Assembly (NCBI GenBank): GCA_002688315.1
Contig: NZCN01000012.1
Span: forward strand, 57,830 to 121,829
Source of the DNA: Candidatus Woesearchaeota archaeon
Lineage (GTDB): Archaea > Nanobdellota > Nanobdellia > Woesearchaeales > UBA10216
Length of the DNA: 64,000 nucleotides
Reading direction: 5' to 3'
The notes below the pieces were generated by a model. That model made no database searches. It was not told where the DNA came from and saw only the letters and a list, made by a program, of their open reading frames with translations. The position numbers and the translations under genes are program-made. Positions 36,491 to 44,978 of this stretch are shown here, one piece after another. The stretch's first letter is position 1. Each line of letters opens with the position of its first letter.

Positions 36491-37084
36491 TTACTTAGAT
36501 TCAGGTTTTTCTTCGTTAACTTCAGGCTTTTTCTGCGCTTTATCAGGAATAGCATCAGCTTTTTTTTCTTGCTTTTGAGGTTCTTTTGCAGGCGGGGCAG
36601 GAGTTTCTTTCTTAACTTCTGGCTTTTCTTCTTTAACTTCTGCATCTTTCTTAACGTCTTTTGCTTCCTCTTTACCTTTTTCTTCCTTCTTTTCTTCTTT
36701 ACCTTCTTTCTTACCAGCTCCTGAGAAAATATTTTCAGCACCTAACTTTACAACTTTAAGATTTATTTGAGATGTCTTTGGATGAACTGTATTGCCGCAC
36801 ACTGTTTTTCTCTGCAAAATACCTTTTTTAAGCTTTTTAACACCAACACCCTGAAAAGCGAGAATTTTCTTTCTTCCAACACCAGGAACATCTTTTCTCA
36901 TAGGAAAACCACAATAGTCAGAACCGCCTGTAAGCGTAAATTCGTATCCAGTAAGGTCGATAAGCTCGCCCTTGACACTATCGCCTATTTTAAGCCCTAA
37001 AAAGTTTTTTGAAGCTTCTTCTGCAGCTTCTTTCTGAATACTTATCCCTGACTTTGGGTCAGATATAACAAGTTTAAATGCCAT
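36491..37084 (-). CDS. rps6e: 30S ribosomal protein S6e with K/E/P-rich C-terminal tail
   Basis: MAFKLVISDPKSG...GGSDYCGFPMR S6e core, plus a tail of about 70 aa. Confidence 0.9.
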   Translation of the reverse strand: MAFKLVISDPKSGISIQKEAAEEASKNFLGLKIGDSVKGELIDLTGYEFTLTGGSDYCGFPMRKDVPGVGRKKILAFQGVGVKKLKKGILQRKTVCGNTVHPKTSQINLKVVKLGAENIFSGAGKKEGKEEKKEEKGKEEAKDVKKDAEVKEEKPEVKKETPAPPAKEPQKQEKKADAIPDKAQKKPEVNEEKPESK

Positions 37085-37201
37085 GAAACTAGAAAGTAAG
37101 AGGTTGTTTAAAAAGCTTATTATTTAACTCAAAAAGTTAGATAACATCAAAGCAATACTAAGATTAAGGAAAGTTTTAAGTATCTTCGATACACTGCTGT
37201 T

Positions 37202-37528
37202 ATGTACGAGGTCAAAATGAATGAAGAATATGACGTAATGTACAGGACTAAAGATAAAGCAAGAAAATATGAAATACCATACGAACCCAATTATGCTGAA
37301 AACGAAAGTTTAAAACAAATAAAACAATTACTAACTAAGGGATCTTACACAAATAAAACTAAAATTCATGAACACATCCATTACCTAATAGGACTAGAAA
37401 ACAAATTTACTAAAATTCTTACAGCAGAACAACGTGAAGAAATAATTAATGACTTGCTCCCAGATGTGCTTAAAAATGTCAAGACTATGCTTAACAAACT
37501 GAAGCATCTAATGAGAACCTTTGAATAG
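37202..37528 (+). CDS. hypothetical protein (108 aa)
   Basis: ORF only. Confidence 0.4.
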   Translation: MYEVKMNEEYDVMYRTKDKARKYEIPYEPNYAENESLKQIKQLLTKGSYTNKTKIHEHIHYLIGLENKFTKILTAEQREEIINDLLPDVLKNVKTMLNKLKHLMRTFE

Positions 37529-37546
37529 CATCTACCACTTTTTATA

Positions 37547-38152
37547 TCAACCTCCTATAGCAAATCCAGGCAGCATCATAGCAAATATTGCAGCTGCAAT
37601 CATTAACCCGTATATTTTCTTATTCCACTTTAGAACTTTAGCGCCGTCCAGCTGCCAGAAAGGAAGCATATTAAACAAAGCAAGCCAGCCGTTAATCATC
37701 AGTCCATATCTAGCAAGAACTGTCAATATTGATTCGGGATAAACCATGTTGAAAAACAAAAGAAGTATGAAAAAAACAACAGCCAAAGCGATATTAACTA
37801 AAGGACCTACTGCTGAAATACGGCCGTTTCTTGCAGTGTTAACATTGCCATGTATGAAAACAGCACCAGGAGCAGCCAAAATAAAACCAAAGAAAGACAT
37901 AACTAAAGCAAACACCAGCATAGTGTCAAAAGCCCTGAACTCAGCAATGCAGCCATAACGCTGTGCTAGAAATTTGTGAGCTAACTCGTGCAATAAAAAA
38001 CCCAAGCCAACAGTTATTGCAGCCATAACAACTGCTACCAAAAATTGCTCAGTAAAAGAAAAACCACCGCTAAGCAAAATTGCGAACGCTACAGAAATAA
38101 TCAGCCAAGCTCTAAACAAATGCTGCAGCTCTACTGTTGAAAATCGCATCAC
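37547..38152 (-). CDS. M50-family (site-2 protease-like) membrane metalloprotease
   Basis: HELAHKF HExxH motif inside a TM helix; multi-pass. The start (GTG 38152 or ATG 38149) overlaps the stop of the upstream gene. Confidence 0.8.
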   Translation of the reverse strand: MMRFSTVELQHLFRAWLIISVAFAILLSGGFSFTEQFLVAVVMAAITVGLGFLLHELAHKFLAQRYGCIAEFRAFDTMLVFALVMSFFGFILAAPGAVFIHGNVNTARNGRISAVGPLVNIALAVVFFILLLFFNMVYPESILTVLARYGLMINGWLALFNMLPFWQLDGAKVLKWNKKIYGLMIAAAIFAMMLPGFAIGG

Positions 38153-38667
38153 TCACCACCTAATGAACACCCTGACTTTGAACTTAACGTCTCCAGCGAC
38201 CTAAAACCAGTAAGCCTTGAGCCATCTGAAAACTCCCAGGTAGGGTATGATTCGATTTCAGCGTCTCTGCATACTTCAAGCTGTCCTCTCTGGTCTGGCG
38301 GAGAACATTCAATGTAAGGAACAAACTTAACTGATTTTCCAAATACTGCTTTTTGCTGCTCACAATTAGGACACCAAAAAGCACCATAAAACTTAGTATC
38401 TTTTTCAGTCAAACATTTAGCAAAATCATCATACTTTCCAGGACCAGTAGAAAAAGAATAAACCCAAAAACTAAACGCCAGCACCGTAACCAAAGTAATT
38501 GTCAAAACAACATGCTTCTTTTTTATGCCTAAACCTTTCTTAGAAGTTTCAGCAACATCTTTATTTTTCTGATGCTTTGCCTGGTTATGCTGTTCAAAGC
38601 TTTCTTTTGAATCAAAGCTTTTGTCACATTGCTCGCATTTAAGTGCCATTACAATTTCGGTTAACAC
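38149..38667 (-). CDS. C2H2 zinc finger - TM - extracytoplasmic thioredoxin-like (CPNC) protein
   Basis: CEQC-x12-H-x4-H finger; one TM helix; FYGAFWCPNCEQQKAVFG resembles the Trx-like domains fused to VKOR. ATG 38649 is the alternative start. Confidence 0.7.
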   Translation of the reverse strand: MLTEIVMALKCEQCDKSFDSKESFEQHNQAKHQKNKDVAETSKKGLGIKKKHVVLTITLVTVLAFSFWVYSFSTGPGKYDDFAKCLTEKDTKFYGAFWCPNCEQQKAVFGKSVKFVPYIECSPPDQRGQLEVCRDAEIESYPTWEFSDGSRLTGFRSLETLSSKSGCSLGGE

Positions 38668-38758
38668 TCTTATTTAAATATTTGACGCTTATAACTTCCG
38701 AAAAGTATTTAAAGGGCAATATACAAAAACGTATACTGACTATAATGAGGTGATGCTG

Positions 38759-38830
38759 ATGGCTAAAGCAAAAAAAGGAGCTACTAAAAAAGACAATAAA
38801 AAGAAAAAGAATGTGTGCGAGTTCTGCTAA
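38759..38830 (+). CDS. possible 23-aa Lys-rich peptide (MAKAKKGATKKDNKKKKNVCEFC)
   Basis: GAGGTGAT Shine-Dalgarno immediately upstream; below the ORF-track threshold; no homology recognised. Confidence 0.25.
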   Translation: MAKAKKGATKKDNKKKKNVCEFC

Positions 38831-38896
38831 AATCTTATGAGTTAAATCGTTGGTTAGTATAACCTTTAAATAGCAGTAGTAACCATCTATTTCTAT

Positions 38897-38999
38897 GGCT
38901 GCTGTGGTGTACTGGCTAGCATGTGAGCCTGTGGCGCTTTAGGACCGGGTTCGATACAATCCTTAAAAAAAAAGAATTGCGAATTTCCCGGCAGCGGCC
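38897..38999 (+). tRNA. tRNA-His(GUG) with a 30-nt intron (38956-38985) at position 59/60
   Basis: Cloverleaf with encoded G-1:C73 and anticodon GTG at 38931-38933. Canonical hBHBh' motif. Splicing restores the T-loop TTCGATT. Confidence 0.85.
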
Positions 39000-39028
39000 T
39001 GTTTTATAACTGTTAGACGTGATAATAT

Positions 39029-40198
39029 ATGATTAAAGAAAAAGGCATAGTGAGAAATCCAATTCTTTATTTTGGCTGGGCAATACTTGTAATTATGTTT
39101 TTAGGCAAAGGTTTGTATATCCTTGCTGTAGGAACTGCTACAGACGATATTATTACTAGCGCTGGAGGCTTTGCCCCTTTTGTTTTAGGAATAGTGGTTT
39201 TACTTATTGGTTATCGTTATTTTTATGGTAAAAGAGAAAAAAAAGCACGTGAAAAGACTGTTAACAAACTGTTATTACCAAAGAAGATTTTGCTTGTTAT
39301 TGTGATAGTTTTAATCATAATATTTTTTGTTGGTATTTATAATCAAGGCAGTATCCAAGAACTAACTTGCATATATCCAAAAGAAATCGTTGGTTTGCGG
39401 TGTTGTATTTCTTCGCAAGATTTTGAAGGTTACTGTCAAGATGAAATTGATAACAACCTGTTAGCGTTAGATGAAGCTTTAGAACAAAATCTAACAACTA
39501 ATAAGAGAATTTACTCCCAAGAATTTCTCTACTCGTTTATTGAACCACCTGATTATGTTCTTGTGAGAAATTTACAAATTGGAGGATTTAATATAGATTA
39601 TAATTATGAAGCTTATGGTCCAAATTCTGAAAAAGACATCATAAATATAAAAGTATTTGCTGAAGAAGCTCGCATTTCTAATGAATATGATATTCAAAAT
39701 AGATTTTTAGACGGCATAAGCAAAACGGCTTTAAGCCATTCTAACGGTTCGGTTTCGGAAAGAACAGTTTTTGTTAACAACGAGGGTAATCTGGGAACTA
39801 TAATGAATTCGACCATTGAAATAAACAAAATTTTTTTACTCCAAAAAACGATTGTATTCGCAAATACAGAAGATGATTTTTATGTGGCTATGATTTTCAT
39901 GGCCACGGAAAGCATGTTTGATTATGTTGAAGAATTTGATGCACTGATAGACTCTTTTAGATTTGAGTCATTAAGTAAATCTGTGTCAACAATTGAAAAA
40001 ATTGAACTGCTTGAACCTTTGAGTTTTATGAACAGAGATGACCAATGCTCAAATGTTTGCTCTGATGTAAAAGATGCTGCAAGTTTTGATGTTGACCTTA
40101 GTAGAGGTAATGAGCAGTTATACTCTTTTGTGTGTTCATGTTTTGATAATTCTGACAAGTTAATTTCAGAACAAGTTCTTGTATTAAAAAGCATATGA
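39029..40198 (+). CDS. hypothetical membrane-anchored protein (389 aa)
   Basis: Three N-terminal TM helices, then a soluble domain with several Cys. Confidence 0.6.
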   Translation: MIKEKGIVRNPILYFGWAILVIMFLGKGLYILAVGTATDDIITSAGGFAPFVLGIVVLLIGYRYFYGKREKKAREKTVNKLLLPKKILLVIVIVLIIIFFVGIYNQGSIQELTCIYPKEIVGLRCCISSQDFEGYCQDEIDNNLLALDEALEQNLTTNKRIYSQEFLYSFIEPPDYVLVRNLQIGGFNIDYNYEAYGPNSEKDIINIKVFAEEARISNEYDIQNRFLDGISKTALSHSNGSVSERTVFVNNEGNLGTIMNSTIEINKIFLLQKTIVFANTEDDFYVAMIFMATESMFDYVEEFDALIDSFRFESLSKSVSTIEKIELLEPLSFMNRDDQCSNVCSDVKDAASFDVDLSRGNEQLYSFVCSCFDNSDKLISEQVLVLKSI

Positions 40199-40275
40199 TT
40201 ATTTGTATAAGAGCTTTAAAATAAACTTTTCGAACAACTTTGACTTATCGGACAAAACCGATATGAACAAGAAAA

Positions 40276-40575
40276 TTACCCAAGCTGGTTTTCTAGCTTA
40301 TCAGCTTCTGCTTGTCTTCGCATTATTTCGTACATTCCAGTCATAAATCCAACAACTTGCCAAGTTATTTCTTTTGGGACACCACTATTTTGTAAAAGCT
40401 CATCTACAGTTTCCGTGTATTTCACAAGTTCTTCATTATCTCGTTCAAAGGTCTCACGCATACCATTCATTAAAGGCTTGTTTCCTTCAAGACCGTCCCG
40501 GGTCAAGTCTCTAATATAGGAACGCATAGTAGCCTCGGTTACAACTGGAAGTCCTTCTGGTGTGTATTCTGCCAT
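40276..40575 (-). CDS. hypothetical protein (99 aa)
   Basis: ORF only. Confidence 0.45.
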   Translation of the reverse strand: MAEYTPEGLPVVTEATMRSYIRDLTRDGLEGNKPLMNGMRETFERDNEELVKYTETVDELLQNSGVPKEITWQVVGFMTGMYEIMRRQAEADKLENQLG

Positions 40576-40767
40576 TTTAATCGTAATTGTAAAAAATCTC
40601 TATCTTTATAAATCTTTCCATTTTGTTACTACTGACAAGTTATTATTGGTTGAAAGAGTTGTTTATAAACCAACTAGCCACCAACTACTTCTTAACAGTT
40701 ATTTTTCAATAACGGTATCCTTTAAGTGAATATTGACTTAGCAGTCCCAAAAGTATAGTATTGGGCG

Positions 40768-40920
40768 TTAAGGTAACTTTTGTTTGTCCATTACAATCTT
40801 CCCTGTCCGCTCATCAATGCTAAGGTAAAGCTCTGTGCCTTTGCTCCAGCCTTTAATGCGAGCTATTTGAGCAGGTATTACAATCGCTAAGCTATTTTTC
40901 ATCTGTTGAACCTTAGGCAT
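40768..40920 (-). CDS. orphan AbrB/SpoVT-like small protein (50 aa)
   Basis: Below the track threshold. MPKVQQMKNSLAIVIPAQIARIKGWSKGTELYLSIDERTGKIVMDKQKLP has the SLAIxIPxxIAxxxGW swapped-hairpin motif. Confidence 0.55.
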   Translation of the reverse strand: MPKVQQMKNSLAIVIPAQIARIKGWSKGTELYLSIDERTGKIVMDKQKLP

Positions 40921-40992
40921 ACCATACGGTTAGAAAAGGCAATATTTATATATTAGCCACGCCAGTAAAGACAATATTAAACGATATTCTTA

Positions 40993-41009
40993 GGGTTCGG
41001 CAGCGGCCC
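40993..41009 (+). other. remnant of a tRNA-His 3' end (GGGTTCG-GCAGCGGCCC)
   Basis: Matches the T-arm 5' part and the 3' acceptor strand of the tRNA at 38897-38999, in the same orientation, 2 kb downstream. Confidence 0.4.
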
Positions 41010-41051
41010 TCTTAGACAACTTTTTTATATCCCTTTCAGGTTGCTTGGGGA

Positions 41052-42494
41052 ATGTCGTTTGTCAAGAACTCTGCGTATTTAACAATTGCTAACTTGTTCT
41101 TATTGGTTGCAGCGTACTTTCTTAATGTTTGGGTTGGCCGCTTTTTAGGACCTGCAGATTTTGGAAGATACCTTGCAATCATTGGTGTTTTTGCAATAAT
41201 GAACGTTGTTCTTACAAGCGGAACTTCCAAAGCTATTGCAAAAGTAATTGCAGAAGACAAAAAGTTTGCAAGTCCAATAACTGCAGGATTGTTAAGATGG
41301 GGATTGCCATTGCTTTTGCTTGTTTCAGCAATCTTTTATTTTTTCATTGCAGAACTAATTGCAAACTTGCTAAACGACCCAAGTCTTTTGTTTAATATCA
41401 GATTGCTAACTCCAATCATTCCTATTTTTGGGATTGGCTCAATGTATGCAGGTTATTTTATTGGAAGAGAACAGTTTGGCTTGCAAACAATCAAGCTTAT
41501 TGTTATTGCTATTTCAAAAATAGTGCTTGTAGTAATACTAACCTCTTACTTTTTTGTTGCAGGAGCACTAGCTTCTATTCCTCTTTTTGGATTGGCAGGA
41601 ATACTTTTCTCGCTAATTTTTATCAGAGCAAACCCATTGAATAAAGTTGCTAAAGAAACTAAAGAAAAAATAGGCAGAATTATGGGTTTTCTTATTCCTA
41701 TGACTGGCTTCGCGTTTTTAATGATGTTTTTCACTCAATTGGGAGTGTTTATCATTAAAGCAGGCCTTGGTGATGACGCGCTAACAGGTTATTTTGGAGC
41801 TGCCAAAAGCACAATGCAAATTCCAATAAGCATATTTTCTGCTGTTAGCGTTGTCTTGCTCACCACAGTCTCAAAATCTTACGCAAACAAGCCAATTAAA
41901 GAAACAAGAACCAATATCAAAGAAATACTAAGATACATTTTAATCATGTTAACTCCTTCTATTTTGTTTATAACAGCAACTTCTGTGCCTGCAATCAGAC
42001 TTATCTATGGTTCTGATTATGTAGGAGCAGGAACAGCGCTTGCTATCTTAAGTTTAGGAATAGGATTGCTTATCTTCATAAATTTGCTTGTGATGATACT
42101 AAATGCAATAGGAAAGCCTTCATTTACTTTAATAATAGCATCTCTTATGATGGCAATCCATTTTGTTCTTGGAAACTTACTGCTCTCAAGAGGCATTGAA
42201 GGAGTTGCTATCTCTCTTGTTGTTGCTAATGTAGTTGGCTTATTGTTGGGATTGATTTACATTTACAAAAAACTTGGGAATGTTGTTGATATAAAGTCGT
42301 TTGCTAAAGTTTTAATTCTTACAGCTTTGTTGTCTTTTGCGCTCAGCAAAGTCAACATTCCTAATTCTGTTATTCTCCTTATTGCATGGTTCTTTGCAGG
42401 AATCATATACCTTGCTGCATTATTTGTTTTGAAAGAATTAACAATGAAAGACATCAATTACATAAAAGCAATTGTCAAATCAAAGCAGAAGTAA
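41052..42494 (+). CDS. MOP/Wzx-family polysaccharide (lipid-linked oligosaccharide) flippase
   Basis: 480 aa, about 12-14 TM helices; N-terminal NSAYLTIANLF...G.FLG..DFG pattern typical of the polysaccharide biosynthesis protein family. Confidence 0.75.
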   Translation: MSFVKNSAYLTIANLFLLVAAYFLNVWVGRFLGPADFGRYLAIIGVFAIMNVVLTSGTSKAIAKVIAEDKKFASPITAGLLRWGLPLLLLVSAIFYFFIAELIANLLNDPSLLFNIRLLTPIIPIFGIGSMYAGYFIGREQFGLQTIKLIVIAISKIVLVVILTSYFFVAGALASIPLFGLAGILFSLIFIRANPLNKVAKETKEKIGRIMGFLIPMTGFAFLMMFFTQLGVFIIKAGLGDDALTGYFGAAKSTMQIPISIFSAVSVVLLTTVSKSYANKPIKETRTNIKEILRYILIMLTPSILFITATSVPAIRLIYGSDYVGAGTALAILSLGIGLLIFINLLVMILNAIGKPSFTLIIASLMMAIHFVLGNLLLSRGIEGVAISLVVANVVGLLLGLIYIYKKLGNVVDIKSFAKVLILTALLSFALSKVNIPNSVILLIAWFFAGIIYLAALFVLKELTMKDINYIKAIVKSKQK

Positions 42495-42527
42495 AATTTA
42501 TAAACACCCAATTATTTCCAAATTTTA

Positions 42528-43238
42528 ATGGCTACTGTTCTTAAAGCAATCTATAAACAGATAATGCTCCTCAGAGATTTTATCAACACAAAATTTTTCT
42601 TTAATGCACGCAATTACCAAAATGTCATCAGAACATTCCATTTGATTTTTTTCAATACAAAAGTTGTTGAGAAAAACACTTTCTGGATGGGAAGACAAAC
42701 ATTACAAACACCTTTTGATGCATGGATATTCCAGGAATTAATCCATGAAGTAAAGCCTGATGTAATCGTAGAAACAGGAACTCACAAAGGCGGATGCTCG
42801 CTCTTTTTTGCTTCAATGTGTGATTTGATTGGCAAAGGCAAAATAATCTCAATTGACTGGAAAAGATATGGAGAGCTTCCAAAACACAAACGCATAACTT
42901 ACTTAACCGGCTCAGCAATTTCTCCTGAAATAATGAAAAAAGTCGAAAGCATGATAAAGCCAGGACAAACAGTAATGGTTTTTCTGGATGACGACCACAC
43001 TACTAAACATGTAATGCAAGAACTCCGAACATACGGAAAATTTGTTACTAAAGGCAGCTACATGGTATGTGAAGACACTAATCTTCGCCATCCTATAAGG
43101 CCTGAATTTCCAGACCCAGGCCCAATGGACGCTGTATTGAAGTTTGCAAATGAAACAAAGGATTTCAAAATCGACAAAAGCAGAGAAAAATTCCTTCTCA
43201 CATCAAACAAAAACGGGTTTCTTAAAAAGGTTAGGTAA
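42528..43238 (+). CDS. CmcI/cephalosporin-hydroxylase-family SAM-dependent methyltransferase
   Basis: WMGRQTLQTPFDAWIFQELI and VIVETGTHKGGCSLFFA motifs. Confidence 0.7.
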   Translation: MATVLKAIYKQIMLLRDFINTKFFFNARNYQNVIRTFHLIFFNTKVVEKNTFWMGRQTLQTPFDAWIFQELIHEVKPDVIVETGTHKGGCSLFFASMCDLIGKGKIISIDWKRYGELPKHKRITYLTGSAISPEIMKKVESMIKPGQTVMVFLDDDHTTKHVMQELRTYGKFVTKGSYMVCEDTNLRHPIRPEFPDPGPMDAVLKFANETKDFKIDKSREKFLLTSNKNGFLKKVR

Positions 43239-43730
43239 TTAAATAAGGCGTTCTAAAGTAGCTGTTGCTGCAGGTCTTTCTTGAAGCTGAAGTTGAGGTT
43301 CTTCCTGAATTGGTTGTGAATGAGACAAACCACGTTCAGCATAAACACTTGCTGGAAAACCAGGAAAAATTATTTTTGACCACGTATCATTACAAACAAA
43401 TTGTCCATCATATTTACTAACAGCTTCAAGATCAACAATAAACGCTCCATTTTCTCTGCCAATAGGATGCGAACCCCAAAATTTTACAGAAACAACACCA
43501 GGTCGAGGATCAAGATTGCTTACAGTCATTGTATATACTCCATCAGATTCAACACCATCTATTAAAAGAGGCTGGTTAACTAAAAGAAGACCTCCAGAAA
43601 GTTCTTTAGTCGAAGACTCTCCTAATTCAACCGAAAGTTTTTCTAATTGAGCGTATTGTTCAAGAAATCCTTGAGGTATGTAAAGTCTCTGTAGTTCTAT
43701 TATGCTAGCTTCTAATTTTTGTCCAATCAT
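43239..43730 (-). CDS. hypothetical protein (163 aa)
   Basis: ORF only. Confidence 0.5.
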   Translation of the reverse strand: MIGQKLEASIIELQRLYIPQGFLEQYAQLEKLSVELGESSTKELSGGLLLVNQPLLIDGVESDGVYTMTVSNLDPRPGVVSVKFWGSHPIGRENGAFIVDLEAVSKYDGQFVCNDTWSKIIFPGFPASVYAERGLSHSQPIQEEPQLQLQERPAATATLERLI

Positions 43731-44054
43731 CTTAGCTTTTGATTATGGGGATGTCTTTTTAAAGTAGTACTATATACTACATATACAGCTATTCATAGAA
43801 AGAAGTTGTCGAGAGAAAGATTTATATAATCTATTTACAGAGGTATTCCACAAGGGGTGGTTTGTATGTTTGGGTTTCTTAAGAGGAAAAATATGTTTGA
43901 TAAGCTAGACATATCTGTATTGGAAGAAAATAACCTGGAAAAAGAATTCAAAAAGCTAAGGAAATAACAGTTAGAAATATGATTAACTTAGTGCTACTTA
44001 TTCTTTAAAATACCACAAAGTTTAAATAGTTAAACTTGTTTAATAAGTTAAACT

Positions 44055-44315
44055 ATGGGTGATTTTATGGTTACAAAAGCAATCAAAGGCGTAGATGAGG
44101 AAACATGGAACAGATTCAAAGCACAGGCAGCTAGAAAAGGGATGGAAATGTCAGAATATTTAGGATTTATTGTTGAAGATTCAGATAGATATGATTCTCG
44201 GGAATGGTTGGAGGATTTGTTGGAGTTTGTGAGAAAGAATCCTAGTCCTTTAACAGACAAAGATGTAGCGCGTATGAACAGGTTTAGAAAAGGATTTAAA
44301 ATGAGGAAATTTTAA
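44055..44315 (+). CDS. vapB: ribbon-helix-helix-type antitoxin (VapB-like)
   Basis: VDEETWNRFKAQAARKGMEMSEYLGFIV RHH pattern. Its stop codon shares nt 44315 with the start of the PIN gene (TAATG). Confidence 0.65.
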   Translation: MGDFMVTKAIKGVDEETWNRFKAQAARKGMEMSEYLGFIVEDSDRYDSREWLEDLLEFVRKNPSPLTDKDVARMNRFRKGFKMRKF

Positions 44316-44710
44316 TGAAACTTGTTTTTGATACCAGCATACTGGTTGGTATTGACAGAAATAACGCCTCAGTGATAGAAGCTTTAAAGGAATTAGTAGT
44401 TGGGAACAATGTTATTTATACAACAACTTTAAATTTTTCAGAGTTTTACTATGGATACCTAAACAAACCAGCCAATTTTAAAGAACGAGCCTTAAAATTT
44501 CTAAACAAGTATAAGTTACTTACATTCACTAAAGAAAGTGCAAAAATACATGCAGAATTAAGTTACAAACAAGACAAGCAAGGAAACAAAGTCGGAGAGT
44601 TTGACCTATTAACAGCAGCAATAGCCATTGAAAAGAACGCTGTTTTGGTAACCACTGATAAAGATTTTGAAAAAATAACTGAGTTAAAAAAGAAAGTTAT
44701 TACTGTTTAA
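44315..44710 (+). CDS. vapC: PIN-domain toxin (VapC)
   Basis: LVFDTSILV, EFDLLTAAIA and LVTTDKDF acidic motifs. Confidence 0.8.
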   Translation: MKLVFDTSILVGIDRNNASVIEALKELVVGNNVIYTTTLNFSEFYYGYLNKPANFKERALKFLNKYKLLTFTKESAKIHAELSYKQDKQGNKVGEFDLLTAAIAIEKNAVLVTTDKDFEKITELKKKVITV

Positions 44711-44869
44711 TATATCGAGTATATAGCAAAGCATATAAAGGAGTGCGAATTAGCCAGTATTGATTAAAATGACACTAAGTGATTGTCTTCATAGCGAGTA
44801 CTAGTTCTGAGATAGTTAGCAGTATATTGAGTGATTGTCTTCATTGTAAGAAATAACACTTTCTTTAAT

Positions 44870-44941
44870 GGCTGTAGTGGTGCAATGGTAGCACGTAAGC
44901 CTGTGGCGCTTATAGACCGGGTTCGATTCCCGGCTACGGCC
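44870..44941 (+). tRNA. tRNA-His(GUG), intron-less
   Basis: Clean cloverleaf: 8-bp acceptor including G-1:C73, D arm GTGC/GCAC, anticodon loop CTGTGGC, T arm CCGGG-TTCGATT-CCCGG. Confidence 0.9.
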
Positions 44942-44978
44942 CTATTAACAAATGCAGCTAAGGCTGCGGAGGAACAAA

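Noticed and set aside
36487-36741. 84-aa Lys-rich ORF; also 49786-50061, 49809-50015 and 50211-50612
   Set aside because: These are alternative-frame or antisense readings of the low-complexity K/E-rich tails of S6e, S24e and Rpo7.
43866-43967. 33-aa ORF with a GGGGTGG upstream sequence
   Set aside because: There is no motif and no evidence of conservation, so it is too weak to call.
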